Below are positions 1 through 11,556 of a stretch of 32,000 nucleotides of DNA, one piece after another. This stretch comes from Wallemia ichthyophaga EXF-994 (lineage: Eukaryota > Fungi > Basidiomycota), in contig NW_008806285.1 of the NCBI RefSeq assembly GCF_000400465.1, positions 60,001-92,000 on the forward strand. Direction: 5' to 3'. How positions within the stretch are numbered: the stretch's first letter is position 1; each line of letters starts with the position of its first letter. Both the position numbers and the translations under genes were made by a program. The notes below the pieces were generated by a model that did not search any database, had not been told where the DNA came from, and worked only from the letters and a program-made list of their open reading frames with translations.

Positions 1-3000
1 ATCAGCAGATTCGAAGGATGTCTGTCACCAAGACCTAGGATATAACCAACCATACTCATCACTGCCAAGCTACGTGTGTAATTTGTTCGACGTTCCAACC
101 AAGCTTCACTATTTCTAGATTTCAGCCAAAGAATTCTGTAAAGATCTTGACCAGTGGTATTGTCGAGAGCGTACTCGAAGACTTCCAACTTGTTGAGGTG
201 ACACAGGTGGTCGAAATCTGGAGCCATTTGCAGCATCAATCTGTGCTCAATGTTCAATAGAATCTTTCTAGTCTCGCGATAGTCCCTGATCAGCATGTGC
301 ATCGTATCAGTGTTTTGCACCCATCCTAAAAGACCAGAGTTTGGAGAGATTGGTATAACGGAAAATCTGTGAATGGACAAATGACGTTTGAATGACTCCG
401 GATTTACGGAAAGGAGAAGATTGATGAGGCCGAACAATTGCATCGCACGCTCATCTTGGCGAAGATCTTCATGTCCTTTCAACAGATACATATACTCCTT
501 TCCATCACTACCCCTGATCTCCATCTTTCTTGGCCTTTGCTTCGTAGTCAACACCGACAATCTGGGAACGACCGCTGCTATTCTGATGACTGGCTTTCCT
601 GATTGGTACGTACCAGGCACAGCCAAGTCGAGATCTTTGGCGTTAAGTAAGCGTGGGGCCACATACTGTAGTTCGATAGCAGTGAGCGCGGTGACCTGCT
701 TCTCAATCTTCCTGAACACTGGGTAATACAGATCCCAAGCCTGGTTGAGGTCTGCCGCATGTTTGGTATGCTTCCACTTCCTGCAGTAGTCTCTAGCTTC
801 TATCAACTCCCTAGAGAACGCCTGAACGAATGAAGTCTCACGCAAAGTCTCTGGACCTCTATCGAGCAAGTCATGCAATGGCTTGAGCGTCTCAATCATA
901 GCAGCTGGGTTATGATGTACGAAGTAATGTCTGGATGCCTCTTCCAATCCTTCGTGCCACATTTCATTCCAAAGTATAGCAACCCTGATCAATTCATTAG
1001 AAACTAGTCCAGCTTGTTCAACCAGCTTGGGTGAATGCTCGCGCATCCTGTCCATTATAGCCAATGCAGCAGCTTTACGAGTCTGAGATTGAGATTTCGA
1101 CGCCACTGTGAGTGGATAGATCAATGCTTGTGGGTGGGCTCTCCCAACAGCACATAAGAGCTGATGGATCAATCTCCGAACGTTCAAGTTTGGTGCGTGG
1201 ATCCTAGCAATGATCTGCGGTATAACCTCCAGCCAAGTATCGACAGAGATGGTAGTGAATCCTTGAGACAGCGTTGAAGAGACGTCTTCGTGATAGCCGA
1301 ATTGAAACCACAATGTTAGCAGACGAAGCGTGTCCTGGAGGGAGTTACCGCCAGACAAGGCAATAGACTTGAAGAATGCCTGTACAGCAGGTACAATATG
1401 TGTGACTAGAGTCTCTGGCTCAACTTCTTCGCTAGCATTCTCGAGATGAGCGATAACTTCGAAGTTGGCCAGCGCAAAGGTGTGCCAAGCCTTATACCAA
1501 CTAGGGTCAAGTTGTGTGGCTTGGTAGAATGCACCGAGGATGTCATCAGCATCGTTGATAAACCAGTCCTCCTGAAGAGCAACCTGCCACTGACCTTGCT
1601 TGAAGTAACATCTAGCCAGTAAGTTTTTGTATTCTGTGATTTTGCCCTGCTTGTAGTACTCATTAGCAATAGCACGTGAGCTCTCAGTTGGGTTCAGGCC
1701 AAGGTCGTTGGATAGAGATGCCGTGAAATCTCTCAACCAATTCAAAGACTCGTCTTGAGCACCCTTTGCCCAAGTGAATTTGAGATGAGCGTAAATGACC
1801 TGTGGAGGGGCTTTTTGGGTAGTGCTGTTCGAGTAAACGCTTGGATCCGGCCCGAGGAGGGAGTTAATAACTTTTTCAGCCAGGAACATTCTATCAGACT
1901 TTCTGCATAAGTTGGCGAACTTGATCCACATCTGTGTGTCTTCTGCTGGAGACAGAACAAGTGTGCGCACTTGCAATATCCTCTGCCAGACTTCAACATC
2001 CGGTTGTGCGCCCTTCAATCTTCCCAAAATGTCAGTAAACACAGAAGTAAAAGATGATATCTCACCTCTTCATCCAAGTCTTGCGTATCGTCGATTGGCG
2101 GTCGGGTTGGTCAGCGAAGAGTTTATACTGAATGATTTCTTCCAGTTCAGCCAGCATCTGCACACGAACCACAACATTGTATGCTCGACCGTAAGACTCA
2201 GTAACTAGAGAAGTGAGTTCGCTGTCCAGACTCTCGCGCGCTTTCGTGATATGGTGGAGAGCCTTCTGGTAGTGCGAGTCGTGCACCGAGAGGATAGCTC
2301 TGTAGAAGAAGCGGTCAGGAGACTCTTGTTTCATTACAGTAATATAATTATCCATCATTTCCCAATTGTTCAGCGACCAAGCAGCAGCAGCAGCCAGCGG
2401 CGCCATAGCGCGACGCTCTTCGTGTCCGGCATTAACCCACTTATTTTGCACGAAGTCTGACAGCTGCTCCCACTCTCCAAGTGCATGGAGACACTTCATT
2501 CGTCCGAGCGTCACTTCAGGCGAATCACCTTCGATCTCCGCCTTCTCAGCGTAGGCGACCAGAGCCTCGTGCCATCTGCCGAGTTTCTCGTACCATTCTT
2601 CGTGGTGCACTATATCTAATTGCTCCCTAGCATATTTGAGCGTACCCCACGCTGCATCCTGTTGCTGCAACTTGGTGTTAACATGCACTAAGCTCTCAAT
2701 AACAGTTGGCGTAGCCTCAGTGAGGAATTCCAATTCTTGGTAGTGGAGTGCCTTTGCGTATGCGTGAACATTCATTGCGTATTCACCTAGCAATGGAATG
2801 TCAATCGGGAGTGGCTTGTCGTCATGCTCCATAAATTCAGCCAAATTGAGCAAAGTGTGCACAACATCTGGTGGTGCTGATGGTGATGTCAGCGCTCTTT
2901 CCATTGCTTTTCCAAGTTCGTCTTGATACTGGTCGTATAGATCCGTCCAGCACGAAACAAATGCTGCATTAAACAGTTCTCTCAGTAAAGGTGGATGAGC

Positions 3001-6000
3001 TTCAGCTAATCCTCTGCAAGCGCGAAGAGCATGCGATGGAGATTCCTTCAAGAACTCAATACCCAATCGCCTCAACCAGTCAGTCCAGTCTTCTCTGTTT
3101 TGAATGAGCTCCACATTTTCAATACCGTATGCCTTTTTGAGATGCTGCTGGTTGGCAATCAGCTTGGTATTTTCAACAGGTGGCTGATCGTCTGTCTTCT
3201 CTGCCGCAAAGCTGTCAAAGATACTGTAATCCTGTGGAAGTCTTTCGCCGTTCAAAAGCATATTGACAAATTGATTATATGGACCATGTTGAATACGATG
3301 TTTGAGCAGCACTTTGGAGATCATCGGTACGAAAACTGCGAAATCAGGACCAAGCTGCAGGACCAAAGCTGCCAGAATATCCATGGCAGCATTGCGCAAT
3401 TCGGCAGGACCAGACGAAAGCACTCTAGCTAACGGGTGAATTATTCTTGAAGCATGATCACAAAAATTGACCTGTCTCGACAGCTGACCGATGGTGATAA
3501 TAGCAGCTTTCCTTAACTGCACAGTCGACTCTGGTCGCTCGATAGTCTTGACAATAGCAGGTACGACGAGGTGGAGATACTCTTCAACGTTCGATCCAAA
3601 GACTGAGAAAGCTCGAAGAATGCGAATAAGAGTTGGCTGGCGTTTATCTGCTAATTCAAAGTCAAATGTTTGTAACATAGGTGGAAGGAGTACTGGTAAA
3701 TGGACTCTGAATTCCCCTTCAAGTGCTTTTGCGAGGATTTCAATGAGCGAGATGATTGTTATTTGTAGGGTGGAGTTGGGATTCCAAAACTCTCTGATCA
3801 ATTCCAATATGTCAGTTAAGAAGTTTCTAATGTGGTGCTTGACAATGCTAACGAGAATAGCAAGTTGCTGGAAGTAAAATTCTTGCAGAGAAGGCGCACA
3901 CGATCTTATAACACCCATGAAGGCAGGAACGATCTGGATCGAGTCAGTATAAAAAACTTCCACCTTGAGCACATTTCAACCTACCTGAGGTAAATATGAA
4001 ACACACTTCAAGCCCTGTGTTTTAAATATGTTCATGATAGCCTCGATAACGGCGTGGTGGTGGTTACTAAGAGAGGGATCTTTGAGCATATTGACGAGAG
4101 CGTTAAACGCTACCGTTTGATAGAAATCGTCGCTGGTATTCTGATTAGATGGTGTTACAACATCAGCAGGATAGATGGTCACAGATTCGGTAGTGACGTC
4201 CGATACAGGCTTCTCAATGTCCTTGTGTTTGTATGGATCGAGGGCACCAAGCAAACCCATCACACGCACCGTTTCAGTGCGCGTTGAAGGTGTCTGGTCA
4301 GTCTGCAATATCTTCACCAACGCATCCAACAAGCCAGGGTATCTGAGGTAAGGCTCGATGACGTAACCAGTGTTAGAAACGACCTGACCAAGCGTCCTCA
4401 ATGCAGCGTCTCGTCTGAGTAATGATGACTGGTCATGAAGGGTTTCTATCAGAAGTGGCATGATAATGTCAACGTGGCTCATTAATTCCTCACCACCAAC
4501 TTGGGCCAATTCACCAATACAGCAGAGAACGTTTGAAGATACAGTGGAGCTGTTGTCTGAGGCTTTTGGAAGCAGCACTTTCATCATTGGGTTGGCGTAT
4601 GGCTTGATCAGTCTCTGAGAAGCACTGACGAGCAGGCCCAACAATCTTGCACTCTCCTCCTTATTACGGCGTACTGTGGAATACTCTAACTCCGTCAGCA
4701 GCTGGATGAGAGCCTTACGGAGCGAAGGCATGACGTAGGCTGGGTTGTGACAAGAGAGTCGACCGATAATCTTGATAGCAACCTCTCGAACAGCAAATAC
4801 TTCATCGTTCAACGCTATAAACAAAGACCTTACATTTTCAGCCTGAGCTAGGTGTCTGTCAAACTTTTCATCTAGCGATTGGAGAACGGATAGTCTAATG
4901 TCGTACTCAGGATCGGCAATAGCCAGAGTCATGAGTTTGTCCAGCATGTCGCCTATGATCTCTATAGCATGTGTTGAAGTCTGGTATGTGACAGGGTCAT
5001 GAATAAAGGTAATGGAGCAGGTGAGGGCAGCAGCCTTGCGTATCTCAGCATTATCATCGTCTACGAATGGTAAAGCAGTATCACGGACAAACTCGTTGAG
5101 AATGTGACCGCTAAAATCGAAAGAGCCCAAAGTCTGTAAAGCTAGTTGAATCACTTCGGGTTTCTTAGCTTCAGAAGCTTGTACTTTGGATAACTCTCTA
5201 GCGGCAGCTGTTTGCGAGCTGGAAGGGTTAGGAGCACCAAGAGCTCGGTAAGACTTGTCGCTCAATATCAACGAAAGCATATTGAGTAACCTATCTTGAA
5301 TGGTTTTGAGGAGGGGTGGTATGTATTTAGCTATATCCCTCAAAGCGTTGACAAGCGATTCTGATAACTCTGTGCTGAAGATCTCTCCCAACAACTCATG
5401 TACGTGTTTAGCCAAGGATGGACCAATTGCGGCTGCAAGTTTTCCCAAACATTGCAGAATGGCATCTTCAGGAATTATGTAACCCTTTTTCGAGCGGTGA
5501 CGGAGTTGCTCGTCGATGGTAAACATGGCACTGTCCATATAATCCTTCATGGCACTTCCTACAGCACTGGCTACATGGCCTACGGCGTTATATGCAACAG
5601 TTCTTTCCCTCTCCTTTCGGATTGCACTCATAAGATGACCCATACTCAACCTAAGCTTCGTCTGTGTAAAAGCTTGAGGATCATAAGTGGCGAGAGTTGG
5701 AATGAGAAGTATTACAGTCTTGCGTATGAGAAAATCCCTGTGATCTTTGTAACGCAATATCAAATCACAGACGTCACCGAAACGAGGTTTTAAGAACATG
5801 CCAGCATGCAGGAGTAAATCTCTGTACACCAGGAGAGAAGCGTGGATGGTATCAACAGTGTTTATCTTAAGGCCAGCTTCTGCCTTTGCGTAGATGGAGT
5901 ATTGCATATCATTTCTATTCTGTGCTTTACGACGCTCCAAAATAACCAAACAAGCGGATAAAGCGTCTGAAGCAGCTTCTCTGATGGTGACTTTAGGGTC

Positions 6001-6638
6001 ACGCAGAGCGATCCAAATGCGTTCAATAGCTCTAGTGACAAAGGTATTGAATAACGCAGGACTATTCTGTGCGAGCTCTTTGATGATTAAAACGGCAGCG
6101 TATCGACCGCCTTCAGATCTGTCACCGGTGAGTAGTTCAAGTGCACGTGGAGCCTCGAAATCGATGAACTGTTCACCCAAGTAAGCACCACCAACGCGGG
6201 CAATGTGGCCTAAGCACTGAGAAGCGGCAATCATGACGTTCATGTCGCTGCAGGGGAGAGCAGGTTTGAGGTAGTTGTAGAAACGATAAAGCCGCTGCTT
6301 TTCTACTTGAATATCCAACAGAATATCTGTGAGTTGTTAGTTGAAACCATTGAATTTCGCGCGACTTGCCAATTGCGACGATTCCACCGAGCTTTTCATG
6401 GGGATAGTTGCTGTTGATTAATTCGAACAACCTGCGCATGACTTCAGATTGGAGCTTTGTGACGCTCTCAGCGCTGAGCTCAGCATTACAGCCAATGAAC
6501 TGAGAGATATGTGAGGGAGTGGAGAAGTGGAGATATGGGACGCACGAACTGCTGTAATTCGTGTGCAGCTTCGTTGCGTAGCTTTGGATCTCTGCTGCGT
6601 AAGCCCGCAAAGATACGCGCTAAGGCGTCTGTGTACAT
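1..6638 (-). CDS. TOR: Serine/threonine kinase TOR (HEAT, FAT, FRB, PI3K-like kinase); 3' end runs off the window start
   Basis: ATG at 6638 (in-frame TAA just upstream). Spliced N-terminus [28 protein letters not shown]. Introns at 6500-6545, 6327-6369 (GC-AG), 3934-3984 and 2020-2065. The translation contains the FRB motif [13 protein letters not shown] and kinase motifs [13 protein letters not shown] and [15 protein letters not shown]. Confidence 0.98.
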
Positions 6639-6713
6639 GATATTATTTTATGGATGATGGTTGTAATGAAGATGGCGAGATGGTAGCGCAAGATGGCTTG
6701 CAATTGCACCACG

Positions 6714-7405
6714 ATGATAAGAAATGGATTAGATTTGTTGGCGAGGAGAAGTCCAATACATAAACCAATATTCAAAACATTATTTGGATTGGATATCAAA
6801 TTGGGTTCGTTCTACTGTGCTTGTCTTATTCGGCGCACTGACTTTAGCATCCAGGCTGTACGATAATAACAGCATTTGCGCTATTTAACAAGGTCGCTGG
6901 TGTTTATGGGGTTAATGTTATATTCACTGGTGGTACATTTGCGCAGTGCACCATGTACCTCTATAGCGTTGGTACACTCGCTGGCTTTGTTTGGGGATTG
7001 AAGCAGATTACAGAGGAGAATCCAACCAACTCGCTATTATATGCGAACATGTTCGCAATTGATCATATTATTTCATCAATCTACTCAGCTGTTTTCTTCA
7101 AGCATTGGTACTTTGACGAGCCTCACGATGGACGGCGGGCGGATGTAGGCGACCTCACGAAAGGCTGGGGTGGCGTCGCACATCAGGATCTTACAGAGAT
7201 GGATAGAATAACAGCCGCCAAGGAGATATGGGGACGCGAGAAGGTGTTTGCAGGATTAGTCCTTCTCAGCGGCTTTGTTGCGAAGGTCTACTTCATATTG
7301 ATAATATACTCTTTCTCTTTATCACTTATACAGGGCACTTACGTTAGCAATAACCAAAGCAATAGAGCAAACTACAGGAGTAATAATAGCAATCAAGATG
7401 AATAG
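6714..7405 (+). CDS. KEI1: Inositolphosphorylceramide synthase regulatory subunit Kei1 (DUF1753-type)
   Basis: Removing intron 6805-6854 gives ...FGLDIKLGCTIITAFALFNKVAGVYG...GGTFAQCTMYLYS...WYFDEPHDGRR, the Kei1 pattern. An alternative in-frame ATG lies at 6693. Confidence 0.85.
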
Positions 7406-7447
7406 ATTAATGTTTTACATGTTGTTGTGTGCCTTGTGTGCTGTCGA

Positions 7448-7806
7448 TTAAAAACCATCTTGAAATTGCTTTATTTTGTAGGCGTAGTACGCACCGCTGG
7501 TGAGACCTAAAGCGGTAAGCATCTTAGGTAAAGCGCTTGCTCTGACTCTGCCAATCGAAGAGGCAGTCAGCAAAGCAGAAGCAGCTAAAGCAGATTCGAA
7601 GCCATAGTCCATGTTTTGTTGAATCAAGTAGCCGCTACTAGCTGTGATTGATTAGAGCAGCAGATAGTACCGACAGCTAACCCACCAAATGCAGCCGAAG
7701 TTAAAAGACCACCGAAAAGACTTGCCTTTGAGCCTTTCTTAATGAAGCCCATAGCTCCACCTAAGCCAGTTAAGCCAGCAAGAGAGAAGGCGAGGTGATG
7801 ACTCAT
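7448..7806 (-). CDS. TMEM14-family small membrane protein
   Basis: MSHHLAFSLAGLTGLGGAMGFIKKGSKASLFGG matches the TMEM14 G(Y/F)xKxGSxxSL pattern. One intron (GTGGGT...CACAG) continues the frame to AYYAYKIKQFQDGF*, with TAA at 7448-7450. Confidence 0.85.
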
Positions 7807-7877
7807 GGGTGATGTAGAGAGGGTGTAAACAAAACGTGTCAAACGCGTAAAAGGTGTAAAATATAAATAAGAATCAA

Positions 7878-8565
7878 TTATTTTGGTGTGTTTAATTGAG
7901 GGGTTTTGTCTTGCAATGATTCTGTGTGTGTTTGTTAGAGTTTGGAGTGTTTCAACGATGAAAACGAACCAGAATTTGATTTGAATTGCATTTCTAACGT
8001 GGAAGGCGATTGGTTGAGAGATTTATATATTGAATCTCTAGTTTGGTGTGTTAATGATGTTTAATACGTTTCAAACATCCCCACCTAACGCTATTAACCA
8101 AATCAGGATCTTCCCTTCTAATCCAAACACTTATAATATCCTCTGCTGCCCTTATAGAAACCACAGCTCCGCAGAGATCATTGATATCGTCAACCATATT
8201 ACAACCAATGATACTAAGTAACAAATCTTCCCAGAGCTGATCAACAATACCTTTCCTAAGCCTAAGAATCCATTTACCGCCTTTTATGTTTTCGGGATCT
8301 TCCCAGACAGGTCTTACGCCTGAACGGAATAGCTGGTAATCGGTGACGACGGGGAGAGTGGAAGGTGGTTTAAGATAAGCGTAGGTGTTCCAGAATGCTG
8401 GTAACTGTGACTGGTGTTAGAATTGCGCATTCTCCCACCAAGCACACTACTAACACTATCAAATCCAGCAATTTTAATTAAATCTTTCTGGTAATCAATT
8501 ATCTTTGAAGAAGGTGGCCTATGTATCCCCCAAACTGTCCACGATGTACTCAATTTTAATGTCAT
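7878..8565 (-). CDS. eIF4E-family cap-binding protein, 4EHP/nCBP (class II)-like
   Basis: Removing introns 8405-8454, 8038-8084 and 7922-7969 gives SWTVW...DYQKDL...AFWNTYAYLKPPS...VRPVWEDPENIKGGKWILRLRKGIVDQLWEDLLLSIIG...SIRAAEDIISVW. The ORF track shows only the first exon read into its intron. Confidence 0.93.
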
Positions 8566-8609
8566 TTCTGTATGCTGATTGGTAGTGCGTGTTCAACCAG
8601 GATCACCAA

Positions 8610-11474
8610 ATGCATCTAATCACTCTGGCTACGTGAGAATCTACTCCTTTTACTATCATTTCTAATCCATCCTCTAGCTGGTAAATTCGGCTTCATTTTC
8701 GTATAAATATTCTCACCAATCTCACTCAGCTCACTTAACCAATGGGCTTTGGATTTTCAGGGAAATTACGAAAGAATCCTTGAGAGCATCAAAGTCGCTA
8801 AATCTCGCGGTGCTTCTCTACGCGTTGGCCCTGAGCTTGAGATTACGTGGGTCTACTACGCGTTTGATTTCGTTATCCACTTGCTTATCTTTCTTCTTCT
8901 ACTTTTTCCTCTTACAGCGGCTATGGCTGCTTGGATCATTACTTGGAGGGTGACACTATCCTTCACTCATGGGAAATTCTCGCCAAATTACTCCAAGATG
9001 ACCACACACATGGCATCATTTGCGATATTGGCATGCCTCTTAGACATAAGAACGTCACTTACAATGCCAGAGTTATTATCAATGATGGCAAGATTCTTCT
9101 TATTCGTCCAAAGATGTGGATGGCCAATGACGGCAATTACCGCGAACTGAGACACTTTTCTCCGTGGTTGAAACACCGCCAAACGGAGGACTTCTTCTTA
9201 CCGCGCATCATACAATCAACTACCCAGCAGACTACTGTTCCAATTGGTGACATTGTCTTGTCAACGCTCGATACCTGCGTCGGGGTTGAGTTGTGCGAGG
9301 AGCTCTTCACTCCAGCAGCTCCACACGTCAATATGGGTTTGGATGGTGTCGAGATATTCACCAACTCCTCCGGAAGCCACCATGAGCTCCGTAAGCTAAA
9401 TAGACGTATGGAGCCGATCAAGGAGGCTACACTGAAGGTGAGCAGGGGGTGTATCTTGTACCACACCTACAGCTAAATTAACGCATCGCTTAGCTTGGTG
9501 GTATTTACCTGTATGCTAACCAACGCGGCTGCGACGGTGACAGGTTGTACTACGATGGTTGTGCCATGATAGTGTTGAACGGCGAGGTAGTTGCTCAGGG
9601 TCCTCAATTCGCTCTTACAGACGTAGATGTCGTCACGGCCACTGTGGATATGGAAGACGTGCGCTCGCGCCGCACCTCCATCAGCCGCAATCTGCAAGCA
9701 GCACAGAGTGGGGCACTTCCACGCGTACACGTCCCTAAGGCTCTATCCTACGGTGTAGGCGAGAATTTTCTTGCTGCTCAACCTTCCCAGCCCGCTCCTC
9801 TCACTATACACCGCCCCGAAGAAGAAATAGCGTGAGTGGGGATGCTAGCCGAGCCCATGCAAATACACACGCAGACAACTGACGTTCCTCATTTGTTAGT
9901 CTCGGTCCCGCCTGCTGGCTGTGGGATTATCTGCGCAGGTCGCGCACGCAGGGCTACTTCCTCGCACTGAGCGGAGGCATTGACTCGTGCGCTTCGGCTA
10001 CCATCGTTAGCTCAATGTGTCGCCTGGTTGTTAAGGCCTGTCAGAACGACGGTGAGTTTGTGCTTGGGCTTCTGCGCGTGGCTTGCTTGGCTGCGAGCTG
10101 AGAAGCTGAGACACACCCCAGAACAGCACGTACTCGCTGACGTCAGACGCATCACTGGCGAACCCGATCACTCGACGTATGTCCCCGCAGACCATCGCGA
10201 GCTATGCAACAGAATCTTCTATACTTCCTACATGGGCACGGAGAATAGCAGCGACGAGACACGCCAACGCGCCAAGGATCTCGCCCACGATATCGGCAGG
10301 TGGGTACTTTGCTTAGCTATTTGATTCAATGGCGCTGTCTCATCCAAATTACTAACTCCCCTCATAGCTACCACGTCGACATCAACATGGACGCTGTGAT
10401 TGGTGCTATACGAGACCTCTTTGGGTTAGCTACGGGACACAAACCGAAATTCAGAGCACACGGCGGCAGCTATGCGGAGAACATAGCTCTGCAGAATATA
10501 CAGGCACGTCTGCGTATGCTGCTCTCATATCTCTTCGCACAGCTGTTGCCTTGGGTGCGCGGCCGCGTCGGCGGACTGCTCGTCCTCGCCAGCAGCAATG
10601 TGGATGAATGGTGGGTGGTTGCTGTGCTTAGCGCTCTGTGCGCCAAACTAAATGTACTTCAGTCTGCGCGGTTACCTCACCAAATACGACTGCTCGAGCG
10701 CGGACCTCAACCCTATTGGCAGCATCAGCAAGACTGACTTGAAGCGCTTCATCGCTTGGGCGCAGTACGAATTCGACCTTCCGATACTTGAAGGGTGAGT
10801 TGGAGTTTAGCTGGCGTTTTAGCGTGTCGTGCTGAGTAGACCACCACCTCTAGATTCTTGCACGCCACTCCAACAGCAGAACTCGAGCCTATTACCCATA
10901 ACTACGTGCAATCGGACGAGGTAGGTGTTGCGCGGGTGTTGCACACACACTAACAACATACTAAGGCCGACATGGGAATGACGTGTGCGTGCGAGTGTAC
11001 AGCCGAGAGCCGTCCCTGCTAACACTCTTCGCTCAGACGACCAGCTCTCCGCGTTCGGTAGACTGCGCAAGGTAGAGAAATGTGGTCCATTTAGCATGTT
11101 CACCAAGCTGCTGTCTGAGTGGAAAGATGTCATGGCGCCAGCCGAGGTGGGTGCTTGCTTGCTATTGTGTGAGTTCAGTGCGCTAATTGGACACGCAAAG
11201 ATCGCCGAGAAGGTGAAGAAGTTCTGGTTCGAGTATTCGCGCAACAGACACAAGATGACGACATTGACGCCGTCGTACCATGCTGTGAGTTGGTGTGGTT
11301 CGACGGCTTCCCAACTGACTCCATTTCTAGGAAAGCTACTCACCAGATGACAACCGCTTCGACTTGCGCCCTTTCCTCTACAACGCTAGATTTCCCTACC
11401 AGTTCGAGAGGATTGACGACACAGTGAAGCGCGTTGAGCAGCTTCAAAAAGAGGTAGAGACACAGCAAAAGTAA
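8610..11474 (+). CDS. QNS1: Glutamine-dependent NAD(+) synthetase (nitrilase-type glutaminase plus NAD synthetase domain)
   Basis: 13 introns: 8633-8677, 8681-8729, 8847-8917, 9438-9493, 9832-9899, 10052-10121, 10300-10367, 10611-10662, 10795-10853, 10921-10965, 10985-11036, 11147-11200, 11285-11330. Motifs: [18 protein letters not shown], the PELEI/IRPK/LCEEL triad, [38 protein letters not shown]. Stop TAA at 11472-11474. Confidence 0.97.
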
Positions 11475-11556
11475 ATTGTGATATTTTGTATGTATGGTTG
11501 ACAATGTAGAAATAAATTAACGATAGTGATACTTTGGATCAAGTCAAAAGAACCAA

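Noticed and set aside
933-935. FRB serine (EEAS) of TOR
   Set aside because: The residue is the normal rapamycin-sensitive state; nothing unusual.
388-6184. Many plus-strand ORFs antisense to TOR (and similar shadow ORFs over GUS1, VDAC, ROT1, the oxidoreductase and YCG1)
   Set aside because: They overlap well-supported genes on the opposite strand or frame and show no recognisable motifs; they are the expected antisense shadows.
1-8565. TOR lying about 1.2 kb from an eIF4E gene as a 'TOR-translation cluster'
   Set aside because: The eIF4E is 4EHP-like rather than the canonical TOR/4E-BP target, two genes intervene, and proximity is unremarkable at this gene density.
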